A stretch of 33,803 bases of DNA, from positions 688,273-722,075 of the forward strand of contig WELA01000805.1 in assembly GCA_009602735.1 (NCBI GenBank), read 5' to 3'. Positions within the stretch are counted from its first letter, which is position 1, and every line of letters begins with the position of its first letter. The stretch is from Mesotaenium endlicherianum (Eukaryota). The translations under genes and the position numbers were made by a program. The notes below the pieces were generated by a model. It ran no database searches, was not told where the DNA came from, and worked only from the letters and a program-made list of their open reading frames with translations. Shown here one piece after another: positions 9,765 to 21,653 of the stretch.

Positions 9765-12700
9765 GTGATTTCCTTCCCCTTGAACTACAGGTTTATGCCC
9801 GCAGGCATGTTCATCGGGGGATGTTTGCATAGTGAGGAGCTCCCCTCCCTGTGAGGATTGAGCAGCTCAAGCATCAGAGGCACTCGGGGCTGGCCTGCTG
9901 CATTTTGCTATTCCTCCACTGCTCCGCTACGCTCAATCTCGAAGGTGAACCACGCTGCTGCCGCTGGCTGGCTGGCTGGCAATGGCATTGCGACAATCTC
10001 CAGGAAGCACCACCTGCTCTTATTGCGCTGCCACTCCTGCGGCGTACTCTGAGCTCAACCTTAGACATCGCAATGCGTTTGTCATTGCCCCCCTCCCTCC
10101 CTCCCCCCCTCCCTCACGTCTCCCTCCCTTCCTCCCTCCCTCCTTTGCCCGCTTCAACACTAGCACCTGGGGCACCCGTCCCTCATCAATATCCCCACTC
10201 ACACCGACCTTGCCCCTGTCGATCTTGGCTTCTGCCATGTGAGCGTGTGTGCGCGTGCAGTCCTCATGAAGAGCGTCCACCTTAGCAGAACCCCAGCCCA
10301 GGCTGTGCACGCGCGCTGTCAGGAGTTCCTGCTGCACCCCGCCGGCTGCACCCCTGCAGGGGAGGCCATGGACTCCTACTTCGATGAGAGGAGCGTCGGG
10401 TGCACTTTTGTGACCTCCCTGAAGGCGCTCAGCATCCGCAACGGGTGGGACATCGTGCTCGACTATGGCGACGACGACGCGCCCGCTACGACCACCATGC
10501 CCCCCGCTCTCCGCGTGTCGCTGTAGTCACACGCCCTCGCTCCGTTCCGCACCCGCTCCCCCCCTCTTCCATCCCCTCCCCTCCCCTCCCCTCTCCTCCC
10601 CTCCCCGTCCCTCGCTTTGTTGTCCCTGCCTTTGTCCTTCTATGCTGCAATAGAACTGTGCAATCAGACATTGCTCTGGAGTCCCGACTCTCAATTCTTG
10701 CTTCTGATATGGATTGGAGGCGGGTGTCGGAATCGGAGCCGGCGTGTTGGCAGGAGAAAGACTCATAGGAGCCGAGAGACAGCCGGCTGACTCCGATGAG
10801 CCCAATGAGTAGTGCGCTGTGACCTGTCCATCCAAGGCTCAACCGCAAAGCATCCACATTGGGCTGCTGAGGCTCTCCGGCTGATCAACTCCATGTATCG
10901 TCCTCCCTGCAGCAACAAGAACCTGGCGTGCATCCCCCTCCTCGCACACGACCTGGAGCTGGTGGAGCGACACGTGGACCTCCGTCAGATGGCATTGCAG
11001 AAGCAGCAGCAGCAGCAGCTCCCCGCAACGCACGCGGACCTGAGGGCCCCCCTGTCCCAGAGCCAGATGGCGCAAGCCATGGTCCACCACTTCAGGGATG
11101 GCAGGCGCACACTCGCATCAGAGGGTGCGGGTGCTGCGGGTCGACTTGCTGATCAGGTAGGCAACGAGCGTCAGCTCTCTCAGCGAGCTCCTGCAGCCGG
11201 GGGGGTGAGTAACAAGAGAGTGAGGTCCTGTGTTGTTGTGTGCGTACCTGCACCTGTGGATTGTGTGCGTGCATGCGTATGTGCGCGTGCGTGGGTGTGT
11301 GTGTATGTGTCTGTGCTTGCGTGTGCTTGTGCCTGCATGCATGTGTGTGCTGTGTGTGTGTTTGCGTGTGTGTCAGTGTCTGGGGAGATGGCGTTTGCCT
11401 CCAGATCGTGTTTCTCTATTTGCATCAGTGAGCACTTAGGTGTACACATGCAATGTTTACGGCTCTGCTACCCTATACTCTACAGCTGCAGTCATCTGCC
11501 AAGGAAAGGCGGGAATAAAAGTCAGTGCCAATACTCTCTGATCTGAGTGTTTCTTCAAAGGAGCTGACTTCCAGTCTCCTGTCGTTACATGCTCAGGCGA
11601 TGAATCCAATGCAAATCAATGCGAGGTCCGAGCCGATCGACATACAATCAGAGGTACATGCAGCAATCATCATTACCTTGTGTGTCTAGTCATTGGGCGT
11701 GCACCAATCACTTGAATCATGAGCCTGTCTTTCTCCTCGTGGCTTCGACATTGCCTGCCGCCTGCTGCGTCGCCAGCCTGCCCAGCGCATGCATGCCCCT
11801 TGCAACCGTGCAGGCATGCTGCCGCAGAGCCAGCTGGCAAGCTCTGGGAGCCCATCACATCGCAGGGTGCTTCAGCCCGACGAGGTTTCCAGCAGGCATG
11901 CCATATTGACGGTGTGTTAAGAAGCTGCATCGCTGTTGCGAGGCTGCATCTGCTCCTCTCTGCCGTCGGGGCGTATGCCCTCCCGAGAAGTGTCCACGTG
12001 CGGAAGCTTGACAAGCTGAGAGGAGAGGCGGCAACCAAGTGTGCAAGAGGCCACTTGTGTGGGTGACAAAAGCCAGCCAGCTGGCAGCTAGCCAGCCAGT
12101 AAGCCAGCCAGCCAACAGACCGTCCCTTTATACGCCTTAGCCGTTTGCAGAGGACAGCCCAGTCGCCATACCAAACCCCCCTCGTGCTTGCTGTTCTGGC
12201 ATGCAGAGGTACCCCTTGAGGCTGAGCTTCATGGAGGAGCTGGGGCTAGATGCGGAGGAGCTGGAGCAGCAGCTCTCTTGGAACAAGGAGGGCCATGGGG
12301 AGCGCCAGTTGGCGGACGCCTACTCGCTGAACACGAGGGGGGCGCCGTTTGACGACCTGCCGCCGCCATCGCCATGGGCCGACCTGTCCTGCGACGCCTC
12401 CTCACGTAGGCTTTCTGCGACTCGTTCCCGCTTCTCTGGAAAAAACTTTGCGCGTCGCGGCCCAACGTCCCCTTTGGCACGCAGTTGCAGGTGTAGTGTG
12501 TGGATTGTGCTGTGGCGAGATGACGGTGACACAGGTATGCTGAGGCAGATGTTGCACTTGGGTCTAATTGAAGCGCTTGTGGGCAGATCCAGAGTGGGAG
12601 GGTGGAGCGGAGGGAGGGAGGGAGGGCAGCAAGCGGGGGCTGCGCAAATGGTGCCAATTCCTTCATACATATTGTTCCCAGGCGCCTGCGTGTGCTGTGT

Positions 12701-15674
12701 CCGCTCCTCCTATTTCGACCGTTCCCCGCACACAGTGTCCGTCCCCTAATTCCTTATCACTTCCCGTGCGCTGCACGCCTTCTTGAGGGTGGATGCGCAA
12801 GTCATTGCGCATCCTACTGGGCTCTGCCAGGCCAGACGTGAACTCTTCAATTGTCCGCTGCTCCTCCTCCTCCTCCTCCGCCTCCTGCTTCTGACCTGGT
12901 CCGCCTCTTCCCTGTCCTCCGGCCTGCTTCTGTTTTTCTGGGGGTGTGTGTGCGTGCGTGCGTGCGTACGTGCGTCCTACAGCGTGCCTGTCGTCAAGCC
13001 CCTCCTCCCTCCAGCTGGGGAAGCCCTTCAAAGCGTTGACCCTCAACTCGGAGAGCCCCCACACTCCCACCATCATGCCGCCCAGGAACTCCACGGGTTC
13101 CCGCTCACTTCCCGCCTCCCTTTTCTCCCCCGATCGCCACCTGCCCCCCCGCGCTGGCGCTGACTTTGAAACGTCGTGCGCAAGCTTCCCGCCGCCCGCC
13201 GCCCACCTATTGAGCTTCAGCGAGTCGCCAGCTGGTGGCAAGGAAGAGCAGCTGCTGAGCCACTTTCTTGGTCCGTTCGGTGGAGCTCTACCGGAGGCAC
13301 CCCCTCCTTTTCCCCCTCCTCCTAGAGAGGGGCTGCGGCTAGGCCAGACCCAGACGCAGGCGCAAGCGCAAGCGCAGAGGCAGGCACAGACGCATGCACA
13401 AGTGGCAAGCATGCACGCGTCGGGTGCTCACACGCACGCGCATGCGCATCATGCACGCGGTGACATGGCGCAGCTAGACCACGCCATCTGGTCCAGGCCT
13501 CTGCCAACTTTGAGGTCCAGCTTCGGCCCCCCGTCGCAGCTGCCCAATCCCAGCATGATTCCCAGCAGCGCCCCATCTGGCGGACGCCCCCAGAGTTTGC
13601 GAGGTGGCAGCTCCTCCTGGAGCCTCCTGAATCCTCCACCTAGGCGAGAAGCCAATTCCAGTTACAAATCCAACCCCCCAACGCTTGCAGCATCCCCCTC
13701 CCTTGGCTCCAGGTCCAACAGCACTGACCCGTCCGCGTGCCCCCAGGAGCAGCTGCAGCGCAGCCAGAGCCTCTCCTCTCGGAACGCGACACCTGTCGCC
13801 TTTGAGAGTGCTTGGCTCGAGGCTTCCGGACTCGACGAGGATATGGACCGGGAGGAGAAGCCAGGGATGGAGCAGGCGGAGGCTGAGAATGGGCTGCGGG
13901 GTGGAGGAGCCAATCCCGCACAGCTCCGCTACTCTGGCGGTATTGCAGAGCCCCCCGTTGTCACGCCGCCAGCTGCCACCTGTGGAATCGCCGGGTGGCC
14001 CCCAAGCAGCAGGATGGACCTTGGAAGCGCGGGGCGCCGCTCCCCCGCCTCCCTGTCTGCGCCTCAGCCCGCCACCTGTCCGAAGCAGAAGCTGCACAAG
14101 TCGCAGTCCATGCAGCAGCTGGCAAGGAGCCCGTCCCCTGCGTTCGTCCAGGTGGCAAGCTCCCTGCTGAGGAGAGCCGAAAGCGACCCCGTGGGGGACC
14201 AGGAGGAGAGCCAGGCCTGTGGGCTTGCAGGAAATCAGCAGGACAAGTGCCAGCTGGCAAACTCGGAGGTGGCGCCCTGCAAGGGCCCCACCGAGAGGCT
14301 CGCAGGCATGGGCCTGGAGGAGCTTGCCGAGGTGTGCCCCCCCCCNTTCTCGCAGTACCACTTGGGCAATATTGGCTTCCAGAGGCTTTTGAGTTTGTGT
14401 TTTGACGTCCTTGTCAAGCTGATCAAGCCCGGGCCCCTGCATTGAAGCACACCTGCAGCACTGCGCTGTCTTAATCTGGACACTTGTGCTGTTCCCTGTG
14501 CGTGCGTGTGTGCGTCCATGTATGCGTGTGTGTGCACGGGCTGCGCGTGCATCGAAGCCGCGGATGTGGCGTGATCGGACGGCCGAGCGGGCGTGCAGTA
14601 CTTCACGATGCCCATCTCCGCGGCCGCCAGGAAGCTGGGGGTGGGCCTTACGGTGCTGAAGAAGAAGAGCCGCGTGATCGGCATCCCGCGCTGGCCGCAC
14701 CGCAAGCTCAAGAGCCTGGAGTCCCTCATCCACAACGTGCAGGTCGGTTTGCCCGCCGTCCATCTGCATGCCCCCCGGGGGACGCCCTCTCCCTCTCATG
14801 CCCTCCCTCTCGTGCCCTGGCTCTTGTGCGCTCGCTGCTTTGGACGTTGTGTGTGACTATGCCCACTTGGTTGAAATCACGGCTTGTGCAAGAATTCAGA
14901 TGCATTGCTGGAAAATTCCTTCCTTCTTTACCTCTAGCTCCCAGTGCCATCCTACCCATGCTTCCATTTTTGCGCGAGGTCCCTTCCTCCCCTTGGGTCC
15001 CTCTTGTGACCTCTGCTCGCAGTCTGACATGCAAGAATTCCAATAATGCCACTGTTTTCTGCAAAGCAATGATGACATCAGGCTGTATCCTTTTCATTTG
15101 TCCTTGCAGCTGGCTTTGCATCGATTCAAATTTCATGTGAAGCTGCACAAGGTGGACAGTGCCCTCAATGGTGTCATGCTGAGTGTTTGCGTGTGTGTGC
15201 CTCTGCCTGCATATGTCACAGGATCTCGCAAAGGGCTCAGAGGGGAAGGTGTCAGCCCCGGTGCTGTCGGCGGTGGAGGAGCTGAAGAAGCAGAGGAACT
15301 CGATGGCTACATGTCCGGCTCTTGCGCTGACAAATCGCACCAAGCGCCTGCGCCAGGCCTCCTTCAAGATCTCCTACAAGCGCCGCCGGCAGGCCACTGC
15401 GCAAGGCCCCTCCATGAGTGGCAGCCAGCCACCTCCTGGGAAGGGCGGGGAGGAGAAAGGTGAGGAGGAGACGGTTGATCGCGGCGTTTGTGGTGGTGCC
15501 AGGGAGGGAAACGGTGCCCAGCTCAATCACGCACTCTTGCAAGAGGTGCGACAGGTGGCACTTGCCGGAACACCTGATGGAGGAGAACCAAGGGCTGGTG
15601 GATGCACGCCACAATTGGAGTTGCTTGACAGCCACCTGGCGACAACAGATGGGGGTGATGTGCACTTTAAGTAG
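9233..15674 (+). CDS. RKD: RWP-RK domain transcription factor, RKD clade (RKD5/MpRKD-like), 7 predicted exons, ~1076 aa
   Basis: Predicted exons 9233-9764, 10261-10522, 10913-11204, 12207-12405, 12983-14331, 14599-14742 and 15222-15674 are all GT-AG and phase-compatible (3231 nt in total). They encode [40 protein letters not shown] and the RKD-type tail TKRLRQASFKISYKRRR, with no PB1 domain (so not NLP). The start codon and the exon 2 and 3 donors are the least certain parts. Confidence 0.88.
10261..10522 (+). CDS. RKD: RKD exon 2 (N-terminal conserved region LMKSVHLSR...EFLL)
   Basis: A gtgcag acceptor ends at 10260 and the codons are GC3-rich. The weak gtagtc donor at 10523 is in phase with exon 3. 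Confidence 0.7.
10913..11204 (+). CDS. RKD: RKD exon 3 (NKNLACIPLLAHDL...)
   Basis: tcctccctgcag acceptor and gtgagt donor at 11205. There is an alternative in-phase gtaggc donor at 11157. Confidence 0.7.
12207..12405 (+). CDS. RKD: RKD exon 4 (acidic)
   Basis: atgcag acceptor and gtaggc donor at 12406. The 3' half and the donor are conserved in the inverted copy (24013-24127). Confidence 0.7.
12983..14331 (+). CDS. RKD: RKD exon 5 (long S/P/Q-rich region leading into the RWP-RK domain)
   Basis: It lies within a 499-aa open frame, with a ctacag acceptor and a gag|gtgtgc donor. It ends ERLAGMGLEELAE, which joins YFTMP of exon 6. Confidence 0.8.
14599..14742 (+). CDS. RKD: RKD exon 6: RWP-RK DNA-binding domain core
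   Basis: [48 protein letters not shown] lies between cag| and |gtcggt. Confidence 0.95.
15222..15674 (+). CDS. RKD: RKD exon 7 (C-terminal helix with TKRLRQASFKISYKRRR)
   Basis: tcacag acceptor, RKD-type basic motif, and stop TAG at 15672-15674. Confidence 0.88.
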   Translation, partial: DLAKGSEGKVSAPVLSAVEELKKQRNSMATCPALALTNRTKRLRQASFKISYKRRRQATAQGPSMSGSQPPPGKGGEEKGEEETVDRGVCGGAREGNGAQLNHALLQEVRQVALAGTPDGGEPRAGGCTPQLELLDSHLATTDGGDVHFK

Positions 15675-16362
15675 TGCTACTTGCACGTGCATGTACTTCA
15701 TGCAGGTTGCATGGCATCTGCTGCTTGTAAGATTCAACATCACTGAGCTGGCTATGCTCTTGACCGTGGGCTGGTAAGACCTAATGCTATACCAAAATGT
15801 TTGCTTTCTTGCAAAAATTGCAAGTAGGTCAAAAGGGATACAGGTTTTTTTAATAATTTGGTTGCCAGTTGCATTCGCTCTCACTACGTAAGTCATCCTA
15901 GTGATCTATTTGATAAGCAAACCGCGTTTGCTCTCAAATATGTGTTAGACAATTAGAAGGAAAAAGACTCTCACCAGGTTCCAAAAAAGGACCTAACACT
16001 GCCCCGTCTGGATGAGAAGTCGTTTGAGTCCATCCGTGCTGGCACGTAAATCCTCCATTTATTTATTTATTTATATAGAAGCAAAGATTTTAAATGGAAA
16101 TGAGAGTACCAGGTTACTCTATAATTGTAGGGGTAATGCCACCCAAAAAGAGTAAACAAAGAAACAACCGACATGATATCAACAAAATGATGAGTCGCCT
16201 TCATTCGAGGAGTTACACATGGTGCCTACTTGTGGATGTTCATTCCAGCACTTGCTTTCTATGCTTCTCTTCAATGCACATCAATGATAGTTGCATGCTC
16301 ATGGCTGTTAGTGTTCTTTGAAATTGTAATTATAGCTTACAAAAGAATGGCAGGTACCGTGT

Positions 16363-16435
16363 AAGAGGCCTTTGCCCAATTGGCCTTCCACTCTAGCCAA
16401 GCTTGTCAGGCATGCACACCTGAGTCCTACCTAGC
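16363..16435 (+). repeat. Dispersed repeat, copy 1 (copy 2 at ~25744-25810)
   Basis: Both loci share aagaggcctttg...ggccttccactctagc.aag.tt.tcaggca...tcctac.tagc in the same orientation. Confidence 0.65.
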
Positions 16436-19400
16436 GTGCAATTGGAAGGAGCTTATTCAGCCCTTTGCACCTTTGACAGGTTATTTCTGACACGGGTATG
16501 ATACACACACTACGCAATACGCAGTGTAATACGTTGTGTTGTACATAGCGCAAAGGTGTTCTTTCACAATTCGTAGAGTGATTGCTACGCTTATCATCAT
16601 ACAACTTGCAATCTAGTCGTAATGCACCGTGTTTTAAATGTGCAAGTAAATGCTACTTGATTCAATCATCTATGCAACTTCTACATTTTGACAGTAGCAG
16701 ATTTCTTTGACTAACATCTTAAGCATAATTTTTTATCAGACAGTGTGCTGAACCTTATGCAAAATATTGATACATGTATTGCTATGTGATGTTCCAACTA
16801 ATCTTATCAAAAGAAAGATTTAAAACCAAAAGAATCAGAATAAACGACGTTCAACAACATGCACACATGTATGCATATAGAGACGCAATCAAAGTAATAA
16901 CTTGAGGGCAGCTAAACAAGCACAATCACTATCAAAGGGACCGGATGGCATCAGTGCAGCATGACACAGAGAAAAACACCCTGTAAATGGTACACAGCAC
17001 GATGCCATGTATATGGGGTTTCCTAGCAACTTACTAGCAAGTAGTTGGGAAGTTCTCTGGGACCCCATGCATGGACGTTCTTTAAAATCCTGCCCATATT
17101 TAAAGATTTGGGCTCACAAGCCCAAAAATGATAAGTTGATCTAGATTGCAAGATTATCAATAGTACTTGAACTCAACGGCGATTGTGACACTTTTAAATA
17201 TAGATTTCTCATTCTGCTTTCAGATCGTCAATTCTGTTGTAAGTCGCCGTTTTGGGCACACGATTAATTTTTTTCTTCTTTGTGTTTAGTTGTGTCTAGT
17301 CAAAAGACATCAAGTTTGGTCTGACGCGTTTGATTGAACTAAGACTTCTTCATTGACATTGTGTCCATGTATGGGTGGCCTCACAGCGGTTGTTGATGAT
17401 CAAACCACAAATGAACCGTACACCAATCAAATTGTCTCATGTTACCCATATTACACATAGACCGTAAGGTGAAATAGTTGAATGGGTTGAAACAACTTCT
17501 CCAACTTTGATCATATTTTTGAAGATGAACAACTTATCCTTGGGAATGACGTCAGAGTAGTAAATTGTCGTATATGTGATTTAGTAGGAGGTATGAGAAT
17601 TCCGCCCGTGGTTGGAGTTCGTATATTCCACGTCCAAGTGTTGGAGTTATGGATTTTGCATAGAGCACAAGAATCAATATTGCCAATGAGATTGTTACTA
17701 CTCATTTAATTATTTTCAATGTGCACGTATTAAAACCTTGATTCAAACCAGATAATTTGGTTAATTCTTGATTGGAATCTACACGCTAGAGGAAAGGTGG
17801 GCTATCGCGATTGACTATTCAAAAAGTAAATATTAAATGTCATCAGTTTCCACCAATAGTTTGACAATTTATTTCACTATAAAGAACGTCGGCAAAGATA
17901 CTTAATTTTTTTTCCCAATTTCAAATTTCAAAACTTTCTCCAAGTGGTTGAATTCAATTTCATTTCACCAATTCTCTTTTGGACTTTGCTTCAAGATTTT
18001 AGTAGTGGGTCCCTGAATATCCACCCTTTTGCCGATTTTGGCCTCATCACCACTTGCACACATATAGGGTGAGTATGAAAGCGTCTTCCCAAAGTTGATG
18101 ATTGTACATGTTTTGCATGCATGAATTGTGGCGCACGAAAGGTTGGTTGGCATTTGCTCCATGATGCCAATGCTAACATATTCTTGAGTACGATAAGCAA
18201 TAAGGATTCTTGTGCTCTTAATGTAGGGGCCAAAAACTCTGTAGCTAGCGCGGGGTTTATCACACCATCGTAATTAATGATATATTGACATGTGCTTTCA
18301 AAACTTTGATATTTTGACTTAAGAGTCTATACACATGTGAAAAATATGTCGTAATTTATTACCATATGTTTTATGCCGTACGATCTATAAAGGGTATATA
18401 AATATGAGTTAGAGCCCTCATGATTGTGACATGCTTGTGCTTTAATTAGAGACACAAATTTGCATGCTTCGAAATGAACTTTACATATTGCACAACCTTG
18501 CTGAGTATGAATAGACGATGAAGCAGCAAGATGAATTAGCCAAAGTGCTTAAATTATTGCAAACAGATGTAAATATTGAAATTACCTCACAAATGTAATA
18601 CTTCAATGGTTTGCGTAAGGGTTTAAGTTTTTGCCCGTGACATAGCTAAGTTCAAACAGACAGCAAAACCTCCATGTGTTTGGCAACCACAAAATAATAC
18701 ATGTAGGCAGTAGGAAATTGTAAATACGTAGGGATTATGGCAACGGCCATTTGGGAATTAAAGATGTCTTCTCCCTATGAAGGTGTCCCTGGTATTATGA
18801 TAAGACGGAATGTTTATTTCAAGAAAAAGCTAGATCTAGTACCTAGGCTTTAAAATTCAAATACAAGCAAAGCAGTAGCTATGTATATGCATAGGTGAGC
18901 AACCGCTTTCCTTTTCTTGACACTTAATTTACAAGTACTTCTCTTCAGTTTAAAGGTATGAACAAGAAAACCATTTTTAGCTTTACCATCTACATAGAAG
19001 CCAGTATGACCAACGGCGATGCCGTCAGCTTTCGGACTCTCAAGACCTAACGTCTAAATCCATACTTGTTCCCATCAAATTAAGCTTGGGGACGCTCTTC
19101 GCCCAAGTCCCCCTCGGGCACCTAAAGAAGGGGGAAGTGGTGGGGGGAAGCCCCCAGAAGGATGGCTAATACTATGGGCAAATACAACAAACATGCTGGA
19201 GATTTACACTGTTGGTCGCAGTGGCTCCTTGTCTATGTGGTGGATCCAGATTAGCACACTAAGACATGTGCGTTCTTAGCTTCCCTTGTAGGTTGTATAC
19301 AATATAAGCACCCCAAAATAAGTGATGAAAATAGAGAAGTGATTGCTGATTCACTCATACAAAAGGCTAGTACTACCCTTCCCCTCATGCTTGAAGTCGT

Positions 19401-21653
19401 GAAGCCAATCTCCAGAGTGGCAAGGATTTCTCTTGTTACCAATTAAAACTACATCACATTTTTTTTCTTGCACTTCGTCTTCTACTTCAAGGGACACATT
19501 TGCAACAGATGCTCTAATTTCTCAATGGCAGTTGCTTTTGTCTGTACTCAAGGTTGATGATATTAGGTGGGTTGTTTAAAACTCTTTATAGCGTAAGAAG
19601 CTTTTTTAGTTTTGAACCTTCCTCCCTCCCCCGTCACCAAGTTCTTTTCTTCAGATGGCTTAAAACCCACCTTTACAAATAGCTGAACCTATTCTTACAA
19701 TAATGTTGAAGTGTGACATTTGCACGGTGACTTAATGAATTACAGCGTTATTTGAACACTTGCTCTAATTGAGACGGTACATAGCAACTTCACCGTATTC
19801 TCGTGGTCAACAAGGTTATGCAACGAAGTTCAGTTACCAAGTTTGCATTTATAATGCCTGCTACTCGAGCGCCTGCCCACAAATTGTGGGATCATACCTG
19901 CAGTATGAGTAAAATCTTTAGGAGGTATCAAGGACCAAAGATAAGACGCTTTTGATTAAGAGCAGTGCAATCCCGACAAGCTTGGCAAGAATGTGTAGGC
20001 AAACTAAGAGGAGGGCTATTTTACAAGATGCTTGCCACTTTTGCAACTCTTAGCAATACATGAGCACGTCTAACTAATCTTAATTCATAAAAAAAAAGAT
20101 GCACGAAAAAAGTGCTGGGATTGACATTGACAACTTACCTCGAAACTCCTTACACGCACAAAACTGCTTGACCTCATATATTTTCATGTCCCAAATGCTT
20201 ATTTTCTCGGCTTCTTTGGGTGATACTAAATTACAGCTATGTGGTACACTTTGTTTTCACGCCATATACGTGCTCTTAGGAACGATGGGCTAAAAATAAC
20301 AGGACATTAGCTCTCACTACGCTTGTTGTACTATTAGAATATGGGGTAGATAAACAAGCTGGGTTGAGAGTCTAGAGTCTTACCAGGTTCTAAAGAGGCC
20401 CTATCACTGCCCCATCTTGTCATACAATTGTTGTAACTCCATCGGCGCCAGTTTGTATAACCTTCACTATCGAATTGAACATAATTAGAGAGGATTTGCA
20501 GGCATGAACCTACTTTACTTACCTGAACTTTTTTGACCCCTTGCAAAAGTTTTGCAAAAAAACTTCACACTTGGGATTCATTTTGAGGCTTATCAGACCA
20601 TGTCAAGAGCATAACCAGCAGACAAATGCTGGATCCTACAAGCTGCAGAGCGCCATTTGGCCGGCATGAAGTACATGCACGTGCAAGTAGCACTACTCAA
20701 AACACACGTCACCGCCACCTGCTGTTGCCAGGTGAGTGTTGCGCGATTCGGTGCGACATGCGTCCGCCAACCCCAGCTGTGCCTGGTCCTCCGCCGTCAG
20801 GTGTTCCATCAGGTACCATCTGTTGCACCTCCTGCAAGAGTGCGTTGCCTAGCTGGCCCCTCATCCACGCCACTGCCACTGGCCCCCTCCCTGCCACCAT
20901 TGCAAGTACCACGGTCACCTATCCTCTCCTCCCCCCTGCCAGGTGGCGGCTGGCTGGAGCTTGTGGAGGGGTCTTGCGTGGTGGCCTGCTGGCGACGCTC
21001 GTAGGAGATTCTGAAGGAGGCCTGGCGCAGGCGCTTGGTGCGATCTGTTAGCGCGAGAGCTGGACAAGTGGCCATCGAGTTCCTCAGCTTCTCCAGCTCC
21101 TCCACCGTGGACAGCACCGGTGCCGACACCTGTCCCTCTGAGCCCTTTGCGAGCTCCTGAAAGAGAGATGCAGACGCACACAGACAGGAACATACACATG
21201 GCATGATTGAAGGCACCGACTCCCGCGCATAGCTTCACCTGAATGATGCGAAGTCTGTGGCAAGGAGAGGACAAAAACTCAACGTGGCCGCAAATGTTTC
21301 TGCTGACGTCATCCTTGTTTGCAAAGAAGCATGGTACTTCACATACTTCCATGCGCCAGGCTGAGAGCAGAGGCCACAAGAGAGACCCACAGGGAGGAAA
21401 GGGACCTTGTTCAAAGGGTGGAGCAGAGGGAGGGTGGCACTGGGAGAGGATGGATAAGGGAGAACTTAGAACCTCTACAAAAGTGTCGAAAAGATACTGT
21501 ACAGGCTGCGGCGAGAGCTGACCTTCCAAAACTCGGGTGCAGTCACACGCACCGTCCAAAGCAGCGAGCGCACAAGAGCCAGGGCACGAGAGCGAGGGCA
21601 TGAGAAGGAGAGGGCGTCCCCGCGCTGGGCATGCAGACGGACGGCAGGCGGAC

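Noticed and set aside
13474..14799. 441-aa minus-strand ORF and other long overlapping ORFs across the RKD gene and its copy
   Set aside because: These are antisense or off-frame shadows of GC-rich exons, with no recognisable domain.
16450..20300. Short ORFs in the AT-rich spacer between the RKD arms
   Set aside because: All are under 100 aa, with no motif or coherent splice structure; probably decayed repeats.
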